From: Octopus bimaculoides | Taxonomy: Eukaryota | Direction of reading: 5' to 3' | Length of the DNA stretch: 64,000 nucleotides | Assembly: GCF_001194135.2 (NCBI RefSeq) | Contig: NC_068993.1 | Span: forward strand, 60,469,809-60,533,808 | Shown here: piece by piece, positions 36,668 through 49,591 of the stretch | Position numbering within the stretch: position 1 is the first letter of the stretch | Layout: the number at the start of each line of letters is the position of its first letter | The notes under the pieces: model-generated | Told to the model about the DNA's origin: nothing | Database searches by the model: none | Seen by the model: only the letters and a program-made list of their open reading frames with translations | Program-made: the position numbers and the translations under genes

Positions 36668-37660
36668 GCAGAAACGAAAACGGTAAACATAAAAGGCAGT
36701 AATACCAACAACCATGTCATCATCAGCATCACCGTCATCGTCATCATCATCATCATCATCCTTATCACCATAATCATCATCATCATCGTCATCATCATCA
36801 TCATTGTCATCGTTATTATCAGCAGCAGCAGCATCCTGTTCATTGTTGTCTAACTCATCATCACGACGACCACCACCACCATCATCGTCGCCGTCGTCGT
36901 CGTCATCACCATCATCATTATCGTCGTCATCATCATCATAATCGTCATCATCATCGTTATCTTCATCATCATCCTCATTATCGTCATGATCATGATCATC
37001 ATCACCACCATCATCATCATTATTATTATCTTCATCGTTATCGTCATCATCATCACCATCATCATCATTATAGTCGTCGTCACCATCGTCATCATCATCG
37101 TCGTCTTCATCGTCATTGGTACCCGACGATACAACAGCAGCCTCGCCGTCGCTCCAGCAACGCTGAATCATGAACTGAAGCCACAATAAGAACAAAACCA
37201 TCAACAACAACAACAACAACAGCAACAACAACAACAACAACAACAACAACGACATCGACAACGAAAACGCCAACAATGCCAATAACAAGATCACGCCAAC
37301 AGCAATGCGTCATCAATGGCTGCGACTGTATCAACAACAACAACAACAACAACAACAGAAGCAGCAACAACAACAAAGCATGTCTAACAAGAACATCAAT
37401 GTTGATTTTGAAATGATGAAGTGTCAAAGAATGGCCTGCAACAGTCAGGTAGCTGTTATGAAATGGTTGACCTTTGACACTCAGGGACATGGTACAGCAA
37501 CAACAACAACAATGATGATGATAATAATAATTATAATAATAATAATAATAGTAAGAATGGTAATTATTATGTTCATAGAAAGTGGGTTGGATGGTGGTGA
37601 TGATGATGATGAATTTAGTAGTTTGCGGTGGCGGTGGTGTTGGCGGGGTGACGGTGGTTG
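36530..37660. repeat. Long compound trinucleotide field (CAT/CGT/CAA/CAG, then GAT/AAT/GGT)
   Basis: Direct reading; source of the poly-D/I/V/Q ORFs in the track. Confidence 0.92.
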
Positions 37661-37833
37661 ATTTTTTATCGTAGGTGGCGTTGGCGTAGGTGGCTGTAAA
37701 AACTTGATTAGTTAAAATGCTTCAAACAAGAACAAAAGAGCTGGGCATGGAATGGACAAAAATTGGATAAATAAAACAGTTATCTCTACGGCAGCCCCCT
37801 CCTCCACCGCCGCACACAAGCACACACACACAT

Positions 37834-37866
<33 letters not shown>

Positions 37867-37989
37867 GTGATCTATCTATCTATCTGATTGTCTGTCTGTC
37901 CTATCTATCTGTCTGTCTGTCTGTTTGTCCTAGTGGGTGCTTTTACGTGCCAGCAGCACGAGGGCCAGTCAGGCATGATCAAATGAGAC

Positions 37990-38290
37990 TGAATATCAGC
38001 CAACCATATGATTCTTGGTCTACTCCTATGTCCTCCTGCTCGTCTGTTTGGCTTGAAGAATTCGCCTTACCATTCTTTCCTGCAACATTCTAATCACACG
38101 TTTGTGGTACTGGAACTGTAACCTCCCAAAGCAGAGAAATAACGGTTCGGCCTGAAGAGACTCACACTGATCTCTGAGCTGCGCACCCCTGCCGAGTAAC
38201 CTTAATCCTGGGGTCCTTAGGAGGACCCTCCCCAAACTGCAACCACTTCTATTCACAACTGTATTCTTTTGGCCCATTATCCAATATTTC
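37990..38290 (-). mobile_element. Second RTE lineage (Expander/Rex3-like) RT C-terminal relic
   Basis: Frameshifted L.RVRSS.I.ESLQAEPL..., VIRMLQERMVRRILQAK and RPRIIWL, matching the RTE C-terminal pattern GHV.RM..ER..R.IL.A..G.R.RGRPR..W. Confidence 0.72.
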
Positions 38291-38316
38291 GTGACCTCAG
38301 ATGCATGCATTAAAAA

Positions 38317-38360
<44 letters not shown>

Positions 38361-38984
38361 TTACTACTACACACAGATCTCTTGGTTGTTAAATAACAGT
38401 AGTAAGTTTGTTTCTTCTGTTCCACCATTCGGCTCTCCTTTTTTTCCACGGCTCCCTGTCTTTCTAATTGGAAATTTGTACGTAATTGAAATAATTGGAG
38501 CTGCTTGTTAGGATGCATTGTTTATATAAGAGAAATGAAGCGACACAGCCGTAGAACACATTTAAAGTACTAAAGAATTTATTCCACTTGCCGTCCATAA
38601 TAAATTATCTCTAATTGCTTGATGTTTCCCTGTCGTTTAACGTTGCGCCTCATCATTTTAATTTTCTTCTTTTGGCATCTAAAAAGCTGACCCAACTATT
38701 TCAACTACATGCAAACGTCCATTTGGCCAAATTGGAGGGGGGGTATAGAAAAGAGGGGAGAGGTAGGGAATTTAGCCTTGTTATGAGGGGGTGGGAGAAG
38801 AAGAAAAATGGCTTCTGCTATAAAACATCCTGATAGTTTGAAGGGGATTTCGATGCTGGAAAAGAAATCGAACGCTACCAAACTCCATATTTACACAAGC
38901 AAAATGTAAACAATTATTTATTGAAAAGAGTAAAAATAAACACACTTATCCCATATATGCATCTGTTTGTGTACCTACCTACCA

Positions 38985-39061
<77 letters not shown>

Positions 39062-39200
39062 ACAAAGAGCCGGTCCAAAGTGTTATTTGGTAAAGAGCAG
39101 GTCCAAAGTGTTATTACCTCTTGTGACGAAGGTGACTACTTGGGACCAGTTTTCATCCAGCACTACATCAAGGAAATCACCTGCACTTCGCGTGGACTTT
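39062..39200 (-). mobile_element. CR1/L2-type APE endonuclease scrap
   Basis: DFLDVVLDENWSQVVTFVTRGNNTLDLLFTK resembles the FL......Q.V..PTRG.N.LDL.FTN endonuclease C-terminus; terminal roughly 24-bp tandem duplication. Confidence 0.6.
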
Positions 39201-39435
39201 TTTAAAAATTCATTTTTGTCCTTTGTTCTTGTTTTGAGAGGGAACCTAACTTCAAGCAACTTTTTACAGATCAATTTTTAGACACTATTTTCTAAACCTG
39301 GCAAAGTATGTAGGGAGTGCAAATTTTGATTTTTCACCCGCTAAAAATTTCAGGGGGTTCACCCCCAGTTTCCGGTCGTAAGCTGAAATAATAAACCACG
39401 ATTGGTGAAACGCGATATGGCGGAGGATTATTGTA

Positions 39436-39562
39436 CAGGGTGTCCACAAAGACTGGGCACAGGGAGTAAATAAAATCATAACATAAACAATTAAATATAA
39501 TAAATAATAATTTCTTAAAGTATGTGTTAATCCCCATGTACCCAGACTTTGTGGACATCCTC
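39436..39562. mobile_element. Tc1/mariner-type mini-MITE (127 bp)
   Basis: TA|CAGGGTGTCCACAAAGACTGGG ... CCCAGACTTTGTGGACATCCTC|TA; about 30-bp TIRs, AT-rich spacer. Confidence 0.8.
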
Positions 39563-39854
39563 TATATTCATCTGAAATCGTGAATATTGAAATGCTAAAA
39601 GATTATCTGAAGATGTTTTATGACCATTTGTTGCTTCGACTACGGTAAAGAACGATGATATTTCGAAGATGTACTTTTATTCAAGTTGATCGACCGAAGA
39701 ACTGTGTCAATATTGTCTTGCAAATTTTGACGATAAAGTTTGGTTCATTTAATGTATTGATTGAATATATTCCGTTCCTAACAATTAAAAATTTCGTTTG
39801 ACATTTACAGTTTGTCGTGATTGAACAATAGTGAATATATATTTATCCATTGAA

Positions 39855-40000
39855 GACGCGTCATTTAGTGGTAAGGGCATTCGACTCACGATCGTGGGTT
39901 TGCGAGTTAGATTTCCGGCGGCGCGTTGTATCCTTCGACAAGACACTTTATTTTCACTTTGCTCCCGTCCACTCAGCTGGCAAAAGTGAGTAGTACCGGT
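39855..40000 (+). mobile_element. tRNA-derived SINE family E, 3'-truncated
   Basis: TTTAGTGGTAAGGGCATTCGACTCACGATCG..GCGTTGTATCCTTCGACAAGACACTTTATTT..GTCCACTCAGCTGGCAAAA. Confidence 0.75.
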
Positions 40001-40044
40001 AACTCAAAAAAAGGTATATATGCATATAATTTTATGTATATATG

Positions 40045-40080
<36 letters not shown>

Positions 40081-40209
40081 ATACACGAACAAATCTATAA
40101 GATACACTTACACACACATATATGTATTNNNNNNNNNNGTCAATTTTTTCGACTAAAGGCGCTGCTCTAGCATGGCCGCAGTCAAAATGACTGAAACAAG
40201 CAAAAGAAC

Positions 40210-40262
<53 letters not shown>

Positions 40263-40309
40263 ATACACGAACAAATCTATAAGATACACTTACACACACA
40301 TATATGTAT

Positions 40310-40470
40310 TCGACAGGATTCCACACGGTTTCCATAGACCAAATTCACTTCACAAGGCATTCATCAGCCCATTTACATAGATAAGACAGTTGGCAAAGTG
40401 CCGCGCAATGGACCCGAACTCGAAACTACGTGGTCGCGAAGTGAACTTCTAAACCACGCAGTCATCCTCA
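40310..40470 (-). mobile_element. SINE family A-related 5' half
   Basis: CAAATTCACTTCACAAGGC..GTGCCGCGCAATGGACCCGAACTC..CTTCTAAACCAC. Confidence 0.65.
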
Positions 40471-42476
40471 CCTCTCTTTTTGTTTGTCTGACTTGTCAAA
40501 CCATTTGAATATATTTTCTGGATAATTTCACCTTCAAATAATAAGAGACAAACTGGTGAAATAAATAGCAAATCTAAAACGATGAATGAATCGACTCAAT
40601 GAATATGTTCAAAGTGTACAAAAAAAATCGTGTAAAAGAAAATAAGGTTCTCACTCAAATGATTTTATGGACGGAAATATATGGAAATATAAAGGAAATG
40701 TTTGGGCTCGCTTTTGTACGGAAACATTTGTACATTTGTAAATGTAAATGTTAATTGACTGAATCCAACTTTGAAAATATATTTAGACAACACGTATACA
40801 TTTTCCAACTGCAATTATTTGCATTTTCAATTTGAGATAATAATTGAACAGTTTTCATTAGAGTTTTGACGATGTTCCAAATGAATAAATAAATAATATA
40901 TTCAAAATTTTCTAATGACAGAACATTTTAAAACATATAAAATTTCTACTATTTAGAATTTAAGTTTAAAAGTTTTTTCCAATAGAAACAACAGTTGATG
41001 ATCTTAAAATTACGACATAAAATATTTCCCAATTTCATCTGTAATCATTTCTGTTTGAGTTCCTTTAGAATAATGGTCAAATCGTTTCATTTAGAAGATA
41101 AAACCTTTCCAGATGAAAAATTATGCAATTATTTGTCTCATTTCTTGATATTTTCCCGTAAAACATATCGAGGAGCGAAATTTTCGTTGAGAAATATATT
41201 TGATATAAATTACGTAGAATATTGACGCCTAACACTGACTTAAGACCATACATTTTTGGAGAGGGTTTAAGAAATTAAATCTACCCTGGTATTCGACTAA
41301 TATTTTATTTTATAGAAGCTGGAAGCATAAAAGCTAATAATAACCTCGGCAGCATTAGTATTCGCCATATTGAGGGCCGTAACCAGGTAGCTTAAAGCAT
41401 TTGTCCTACTATCGAACGATTCTTGAGAATTGGCCGCCATTAAACTATATAGAATATTAATTACTAAAATGTGATCTTTGACTCTTTGGATTAATTTTAA
41501 AAGAAAGAGGGATCACATTCATCTCCTCTTGGTCAATTTCTCATCTCGTTTCATCTCTCTCCGCTCTCTATCTCTGAAACCATCATTGTTAGTGAAGACA
41601 ATAGTTAATAATTAAAGAGATAGTAGTCTTTGATGTTACATTCAGGCAAATGAACTAAAGTGTCTCTATTCGATATGCACATTGAGACACTGTTGTCATG
41701 GAAGCCGAATCATTTGCTGGTGAAAAACTATCTACACCGTTACATATTATCATTAAGTGTCAACAGTGGTTATCATAACGGAGAATATTTCAAACTAGAG
41801 AATTGGTTCATTCTACAGAGTTTCTGAATTCCTTTTCAAAACATTTGTATCTCGTCTAACAACAATCACTGCCAAATTATTCAATCTTAACCGTTCTAAG
41901 AAATTCTGGCGGAATACAAACAAATGATGGCTTATAGAATAGTCTGAGATGAATCCTGTTCAATGATGCCAGCCAGAGATGAAGATGTCCTAAATCACTT
42001 CAGTTCTGTATTACTGCCTGGTTGCTATGTCTTATCCCAGGGAATATCTGACCAGATTGGAACAGCTACTCTTCTGTTTCTTGCTGGAAGAGAATATTGC
42101 TTTATTCAGAAAAGACCAAGTGCTACCAGAATCCATTCTGAATGGATGGCCTCGAATGCTGTAGATATTGATACCCAGCTGTGTGATAAAGTTGCTGAAG
42201 CTAAAGAAAATTTTCTGAAGGATGCAACTGGTGCGGTCGTCTTTTCTCGTATATATTCTCCAAAACAATGTTAAAAAAATATGGCGGACAAAGCTAAAAG
42301 AACTGACGACGAGGTATTTCTTCCAGATCAGCCCCTCACATAACGGTGTACTACCCTTATTATATAGACATACCTAGTTCGAGTCCAGTCCTGTTTTATG
42401 TATATATCCTCTATTTGTCAATCCCCTAAGTTAAGGGGCATAGACATAAACACGGACACACATGCAAACACACTTC

Positions 42477-42509
<33 letters not shown>

Positions 42510-42644
42510 GATGGGCTTCCGTACAGTTTCCGTCTTTGCTTAAAAGGCATTTGTCGACTCGAGACTACTGTAGAAGACATTTCTCCAAACTATAATATAT
42601 GATTACCAATCAAAGTTATTAACGAAAATTGAATAAAAATATTT

Positions 42645-42765
42645 TTCTACTCAAGGCACAAGGCCCGAAATTTTGGGGTAGGGGCCAGTCTATTAGATCA
42701 ACTTCAGTATGCAACTGGCACTTAATTTATCGACCCCGAAAGGATGAAAGGCAAAGTCGACCTCA
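42645..42765 (-). mobile_element. SINE family B 3' part
   Basis: GGCACAAGGCCCGAAATTTTGGGG..TTTATCGACCCCGAAAGGATGAAAGGCAAAGTCGACCTC. Confidence 0.8.
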
Positions 42766-42774
42766 TATCATACA

Positions 42775-43020
42775 GCTAAGTTACGCGGACATAAACACAC
42801 CAACACAGGTCGTCAAGCGGGGGGGGGGGCAAACACATAAAAACATACATAAAAACATAAACATACGACGGGCTTCTTTCAGTTTCCTTCTACCAAATCC
42901 ACTCACAAAGCTCTAGTCGGCCCGAGGCTTTAGTAGAAAGCATTTGTTCAAGGTGCCACGTAGTGGGATTGAACCCGGAACCATGAGACTGGGAAGCAAA
43001 CTTCCTACCACACAACCACG
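42775..43020 (-). mobile_element. SINE family A
   Basis: GACGGGCTTCTTTCAGTTTCC..CAAATCCACTCACAAAGC..GTCGGCCCGAGGC..GGGATTGAACCCGGAACCATG. Confidence 0.85.
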
Positions 43021-43246
43021 AGGAAAATCTGGTTGCGATTTCTTTCTAAGTACGTCGTAAGAGGACGGCGGGCAGGGGGCTGGTCCCTTGTTGGTTCGTG
43101 TCTAATATGAACATTTCAATAACTGATATCAAACAATGGTAGCAGGACAAATATCAGAATTATTTTGTCGTCAACAGTTTGAACTTTATAATCAGCCTCT
43201 TATGACAATAACGAAGTTTTGGCTGGAGTTTGTGGAGTTATCTCAC

Positions 43247-43302
43247 CGATGATGATGGCGAAACTGTATATTCTTCTTCACTGGCACCGACTTCTTGAAT
43301 TC
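43247..43302 (-). CDS. Candidate 56-nt exon, unknown gene
   Basis: Long pyrimidine tract ...TTCCTTCCCCTCTACCTCCAG| and |GTGAGA donor; two open frames (EFKKSVPVKKNIQFRHHH or IQEVGASEEEYTVSPSSS); no homology recognised. Confidence 0.3.
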
Positions 43303-43546
43303 CTGGAGGTAGAGGGGAAGGAAGTGGAACGGGAAAATAAAAGAAAAACAAATAAAAACAGAACTCCTTATCCTCCCATCCCATTGCTGAAGTCGGAAAA
43401 TTGTATGCTTGCTTTGAGGCAGATGTCTACTGCAGATGATGGATCCCTCTACGCACGCGTAACGCTGCTTAATTATAGGCTGCCTGTCTGTGAGTATGTA
43501 TATAGGTGTACGAAAATGTATATGTATACACATACATAATACATAC

Positions 43547-43580
<34 letters not shown>

Positions 43581-43606
43581 GTATGTATAATATATGCATA
43601 CGTGTG

Positions 43607-43637
<31 letters not shown>

Positions 43638-43924
43638 CTACAAACATATGTATACCTATATATATATATATANNNNNNNNNNNNNNNNNNNNNNNNNNNN
43701 NNNNNNNNNNNNNNNNNNNNNNNNNNNNNNNNNNNNNNNNNNNNNNNNNNNNNNNNNNNNNNNNNNNNNNNNNNNNNNNNNNNNNNNNNNNNNNNNNNNN
43801 NNNNNNNNNNNNNNNNNNNNNNNNNNNNNNNNNNNNNNNNNNNNNNNNNNNNNNNNNNNNNNNNNNNNNNNNNNNNNNNNNNNNNNNNNNNNNNNNNNNN
43901 NNNNNNNNNNNNNNNNNNNNNNNN

Positions 43925-43956
<32 letters not shown>

Positions 43957-45026
43957 CATATATGCATATATATATATGTGTATTTACGTGTGTATATATA
44001 AATGTATATATATCTATGCGCATATACTAGTTTGTGTGTGTGTGTGTGTGTTCATACTTACACACATTTTTTTTTTGTTTCTTCTGCACATCACAAGTAA
44101 TTTGAACAATCTCCTGTGACACTAAATATATGTTATCGCACACTCATACGTCAATATTGACAGGAAACTCTCCCTGCTACCACAGCTATTGTTAATTTCC
44201 CAGGCAAATGATAATTGTATAGCAACTAATTCATTATTAATTGCTCTCTACCTCTGTCCCTAGACACAACTCTATTGCCAGTTTGAAACTCTTATTTAAA
44301 TATAGGAAAACACGAACAGAACACAAGCTGAAAATCGTTACAGTGGTTAATTGGTGTGGAGATTGTTGGTTTGCTGATGGTAAGGGAATGAGTTCAATCT
44401 ATGACACATCCGTGAGGGTCAATCAAGCAGAAAGAAATAAAAGTTAAAAAGAACGAATGATCAGTCTTGTTATTTCTCTAATTCGTACCAGGTGCAACGA
44501 ACAAAGTGCCAAGGTACGAATCGCTAATTACTGATTCACAGATGCACTCTGTCTTCTTATCGTTCTTTGATATCGCTGCTACACAGGTTACCGGTTCTTG
44601 GAACTGGCTGCCCTTGGGAATCGCCACCCCCAAATTCACAACTCATCCGATTCCTCTCCTCTCGTTGACACCCATCGCTACAGGCTACACTCTTAGTAAT
44701 ACAACCAGCCCTTAATTGGCACTCGGTCAGAAAGAAGGAAAGAAATAAGAAACTAGATATGTGCATATCATGATGAAGATATCACGGAAATCGGGGATGA
44801 TCCGCGATGATCTGGAAGAATATGAGGTAAGTTGATCTAGAATATGTTAGAGCAGGTAATTAACTTTGTGATTCTGTGACCCCTGGAGGGGGAAATTCGT
44901 GGTGGAAAGCAATTTCTTTTTCTGGTATTGATAGTCCAGTTAAGAGTTTAGTGTCTGATTTGGTGGAACCTTTACGTAAATAGAAACTGGGGTCACGCTG
45001 ATGATGAAAAATGGGCCGTGAAACAG

Positions 45027-45067
<41 letters not shown>

Positions 45068-45083
45068 GCGGCTGCTGCTGCTG

Positions 45084-45122
<39 letters not shown>

Positions 45123-45149
45123 GATAATGATAATTCTCCTTTCTGGTGA

Positions 45150-45325
45150 GAGCACAAGGCCTGAAATTTGGGGGAGGGAGATAATCGGTTACATCGACCC
45201 AGTGTGTAACTGGTACTTATTTAATTGACCCCGAAAAGGATGAAATGCAAAGTCGACCTTGGTGGAATTTGAACTCAGAATGCAAAACCGGAAGAAATGT
45301 TGCCAACGATTCTTGCCAGCTCACT
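45150..45325 (-). mobile_element. SINE family B
   Basis: GCACAAGGCCTGAAATTTGGGG..GAATTTGAACTCAGAA..AACGATTCTTGCCAGCTCAC. Confidence 0.85.
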
Positions 45326-45362
45326 TATTTGAACAACAACAGCAATATGAACAACAACAATA

Positions 45363-45580
45363 AGGCAGCGAGATGGCGGAATCGTTAGCACGCCGGATAA
45401 AATGCTTAGCGGCATTTCGTCCGTCTTTACGTTCTGAGTTCAAATTCCTTTCGGGGTTGTCTTTACTTCCTTTAGGGGTCGATAAAAAAAAAAAAACTAC
45501 GAGTTGAACCCTGGGGTCGATGTAATCAACTTGTTCCTCTCCGGAAATTGCTGGCCTTGTGCCAAAATTTGAAATCAATA
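45363..45580 (+). mobile_element. SINE family B, near full length
   Basis: AGGCAGCGAGATGGCGGAATCGTTAGCAC (A-box region), GTTCTGAGTTCAAATTCC (B box), (AAT)n tail. Confidence 0.88.
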
Positions 45581-45588
45581 TTAACAAC

Positions 45589-45619
<31 letters not shown>

Positions 45620-46216
45620 GTAATAATAATGGTCGTTGTTATTATTTGCTCAATATATAAAGATTGTCAGAAAAAAAAACGAGATTGGACACAATGAACG
45701 CTATAAACGTCTTTAGACATGTAAATGATTACAAGGTATAAATTTGTTTAAACAGACATTCGGCCAATAATGAGCTAATGAGAGGACTCGGTGTTGTTGT
45801 TGTAGTTGTTGTTGTTGTTGTTGGTGGTGGTGGTGATGCCGGCGGCGGCCAGGGAGGTATCGTCTTCCAGCCCTCCTCACACTTGATGTTACCGATAATA
45901 GGAAGGCTGGGTGTCGAGACATAGCTGATGATAGAACAAGGATGTCTTTGAAAGATTCTTTGGAATGAATGACTAAACTGAAATGATGGTGTTTAATTAA
46001 ACACGAGTATAAATAGATGGAATCGAACAAAAAAAATATATACAAAGAATGCAGATTGTTGTGTGATGTGCCCGCTGCTGCTGCCGTCAACGCCACCGTC
46101 CCCACCACCACCGCCACCGCTACCTTTACCACCACCACTCCTGCTAGCATCGCCACCGTCATCCCTACCTGGCCAGTGGCTCACTTTAGCAGAACTCCGA
46201 TCGGAGAATAACTTAC

Positions 46217-46250
46217 AACTTCATCTTTCCAGGCACCGGTCACTGAAGTT
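46217..46250 (-). CDS. Candidate 34-nt exon, unknown gene
   Basis: CTTTCTTTATTTTTGCAG| acceptor and perfect |GTAAGT donor; only one frame is open (TSVTGAWKDEV). Confidence 0.33.
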
Positions 46251-46611
46251 CTGCAAAAATAAAGAAAGCTACAGGTTTTGCCCTTCTCCTCTGACCATTC
46301 TTGCCGTCTTTAATATAGAACTGAATTGTCTTTATTTCCCCTTATGTCTTTATCTCGTGAGTAAGTATATGAATACACAGAATGGAATAAGCAGAACAAG
46401 AGCACACACGAAGGCGGAAAGTGTCGCTGACGAGGTCACAGGTGTGCGACGACAGCTTTCCGAACAAACGACATGAGTTAGAATAAGAACAGTAATAAAC
46501 GAGTGAAGAACGAATATACAGTGCGTGTGATTTATTTGGCAAAAAAAAAATGACCGTCCCGAAATGCAACAATATGTGTTTCAACATACGATTTTACACC
46601 AGGCATCTTGC

Positions 46612-46612
<1 letters not shown>

Positions 46613-46701
<89 letters not shown>
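46613..46701. repeat. Pure (CA)n
   Basis: Direct reading. Confidence 0.97.
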
Positions 46702-46702
<1 letters not shown>

Positions 46703-47599
46703 CGTTCCTCATACGGTCTTCACGGTCTGACTATCTGAGCCAATGTTTAGTGATGGTAGCCTCGAAGCTGTTGACTAGAGCTTTCTCACAGACTGCAAAC
46801 TAGTTCTTCTGTTGAATTCTCATGATTAATCAAGCTTAGCAGAAGTCAAAAGTACCTTATCGCTGAACATTTCTGCGTTCTAAAGATCGATCGAAACGGA
46901 CAGCGAAGACCAACATCAGCCAGAAAATCAGACAAGAACAAATGAAATCGCAGACTTTGGTGTCAAACCATTCTGACTGTTGAACTGTTTAAACAAAAGA
47001 GTCGCAAAAATAGCCAAACGTTAAGGACGAAAATTTTACCAACGTAAACTGCGTTCACCTCAGCCTATTAAATACAATTTGTGAAGACAAATCTTCGTGG
47101 AAACTTCGATCAGAATTTTCTGCGAATTGTGCTAACACTATTAAGAATGCATTAAATTGTGTTTTTATTCGAGATTTCCAATTCCTTGCTTAGATTATTT
47201 CCCAAAGAACAATCCAACAATCCGATGTTGCCCAACTCATTGTCCGGATGAGTCGAGAACTAATGTAAAAATCTGATACAGACTTAAAAAAAGAAACAAA
47301 GAAAAGAAATAAAATTTAAATCTCGTATGTTGCAAACATACTCTACATGGTCGCTTGACCTGTTAGAAATAGCAGCCGAACTTTCTTCAAATTATCGTAC
47401 ATCGTCTTGAGAAAATGAGAAGATATACAGGGGTAAGGTGGTCTTAGATATAATTAGTCTGAATAAACAAATAGACAGAATCGAGATGGTCACGAATGGA
47501 ACGTATTTTATTATTAGTAAACGTGATTAAAGTTCATTGGGGGCTGAGCAAAAATAAAGTGACTCAGAAGAAAGACGTTTCACATAAAACAATATCAAC

Positions 47600-47795
47600 A
47601 ACTCAATAGAGTCCACCACCACCACCAACAACAACACCACCACTAGCAGCAACAACAACAACAATAATTTCTGCTATTACCACCACCACCACCACCACAA
47701 CCACCAGCCATCGTCGTCGTAGTAATAGTAGTAGTAGTCTCACTATATTTACATTAACAACACTACTGCTGCTTCTGCTACTACTACTACTACTG

Positions 47796-47842
<47 letters not shown>

Positions 47843-48321
47843 GCTACTACTTCCATTACTACAGCCATCACTGCATCACAAGAACATCATAACCACCTCC
47901 AGTACCACTACCAAAACCACTAGCACCAAGTCAACGAAGGAACGATCTACTACAACCACCACCGCAACATCTACTGCTACTACTAATACTTCTACCTCCA
48001 CAACCCCACCCCTCTTCACCACCATCCTGCCACGACCACCACCACCACTTTTGGTGAGTTTATTTCTAATTACAATTTTAGTGTTTGCAGCTGGCTTAGT
48101 TTACATAATGTTGTTGTTGGTGTTATTGTTGTTGTACTTCTTATGATTATTTCTGTTGTCTTTGCAATCGTTGTTGTTGTTGTTGTTGCTCTTTGACTGT
48201 TTCTGTTTTTCTTTCTGTGTGCAATTAATTATCGCCGCTGCTGCTGCTAATCTCGTTGTTGTGGTGATAGTGATGACGGCGTTGACCGCAGTGAGAACAA
48301 CAATGTTAATGGTGATGATGA

Positions 48322-48354
<33 letters not shown>

Positions 48355-48480
48355 TGGTGATGATGATGACGATCATGATGATGATTACAGTAACGATGAT
48401 TCTTGTGGCGGTAATATGGCGGCAACAAAAACAACAGCTGCAGCAATAACAACACCAACAACAACAACAATAAAAATGTA
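47600..48480. repeat. Compound trinucleotide field (ACC/ACT/CAA, then TTG/GAT/GAC)
   Basis: Direct reading. Confidence 0.9.
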
Positions 48481-48714
48481 ACACTGAAGTAAAAGGTAGC
48501 GAACGAACATGTTAATGAAGGAGAGCGAAAGAGATTATTGGTTGGTTACACAGTCAAACTGATAAACAGATAATTAATTCTTGCTTCCAACTCCATTTGG
48601 CCAATTGGCCCCAAGAAACAGTTGAATAGCTAAGGTCAACTCATCCATCCACCCCATCCATCCACCCCATCCATCTACCTCATCCATCCACCTTCTTCGT
48701 CCACAATACTTGGA

Positions 48715-48945
48715 AAGGTCGTTGGGGGACATACCCCTCAGCCGTCTCATCCACGGGGTCCCATCAGATGCAACGTCAGGAAACTTTCCAGCTGGATCCC
48801 CAAGCGTGATCAGCAGAGATTATAGATGCTATCCAGCCATTTCGTTCTTAGTTTAGCCTGAGATCGCTTTCCGGTTGGCTCGGCTTGAAGAATCTTTCTT
48901 GCGATTCTTTCCGGCGACATTCTGCATACATGTCCACAGTCCGGT
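48715..48945 (-). mobile_element. Expander/Rex3-like RTE C-terminal relic
   Basis: GHVCRMSPERIARKILQAEPTGKRSQAKLRTKWLDSI; same lineage as 37990-38290. Confidence 0.8.
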
Positions 48946-49534
48946 AAAATCAGGAATTCGAGAAAAAAACAAACAAACAAACAAAACAACTGGTGCTAGT
49001 CTGAATTTGTAAGAATGAATCAATAAGAGAATTCAAAGAAAAGTTCAGTTGTATAGTTGCTGGGAAGAGTGCAGAATGTGACGGTTCGGATAATTGTTCT
49101 TCATCGAAAAGTGAATAGGAGGAAGCGAAGGAAGGGAGAGAAAGGAAATGGCGTTGCTATTTGGGTTGTTGGCAAGTAAATGAGATTGAGCTGACGTAGG
49201 CGAAAGGTAAAGTTGTGAATATATATATATATNNNNNNNNNNNNNNNNNNNNNNNNNNNNNNNNNNNNNNNNNNNNNNNNNNNNNNNNNNNNNNNNNNNN
49301 NNNNNNNNNNNNNNNNNNNNNNNNNNNNNNNNNNNNNNNNNNNNNNNNNNNNNNNNNNNNNNNNNNNNNNNNNNNNNNNNNNNNNNNNNNNNNNNNNNNN
49401 NNNNNNNNNNNNNNNNNNNNNNNNNNNNNNNNNNNNNNNNNNNNNNNNNNNNNNNNNNNNNNNNNNNNNNNNNNNNNNNNNNNNNNNNNNNNNNNNNNNN
49501 NNNNNNNNNNNNNNNNNNNNNNNNNNNNNNNNNN

Positions 49535-49591
<57 letters not shown>

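Noticed and set aside
44557-44766. Secreted Cys-rich peptide ORF (MHISSFLFLSFFL...)
   Set aside because: The apparent signal peptide is the translation of a pyrimidine tract; no mature-domain pattern
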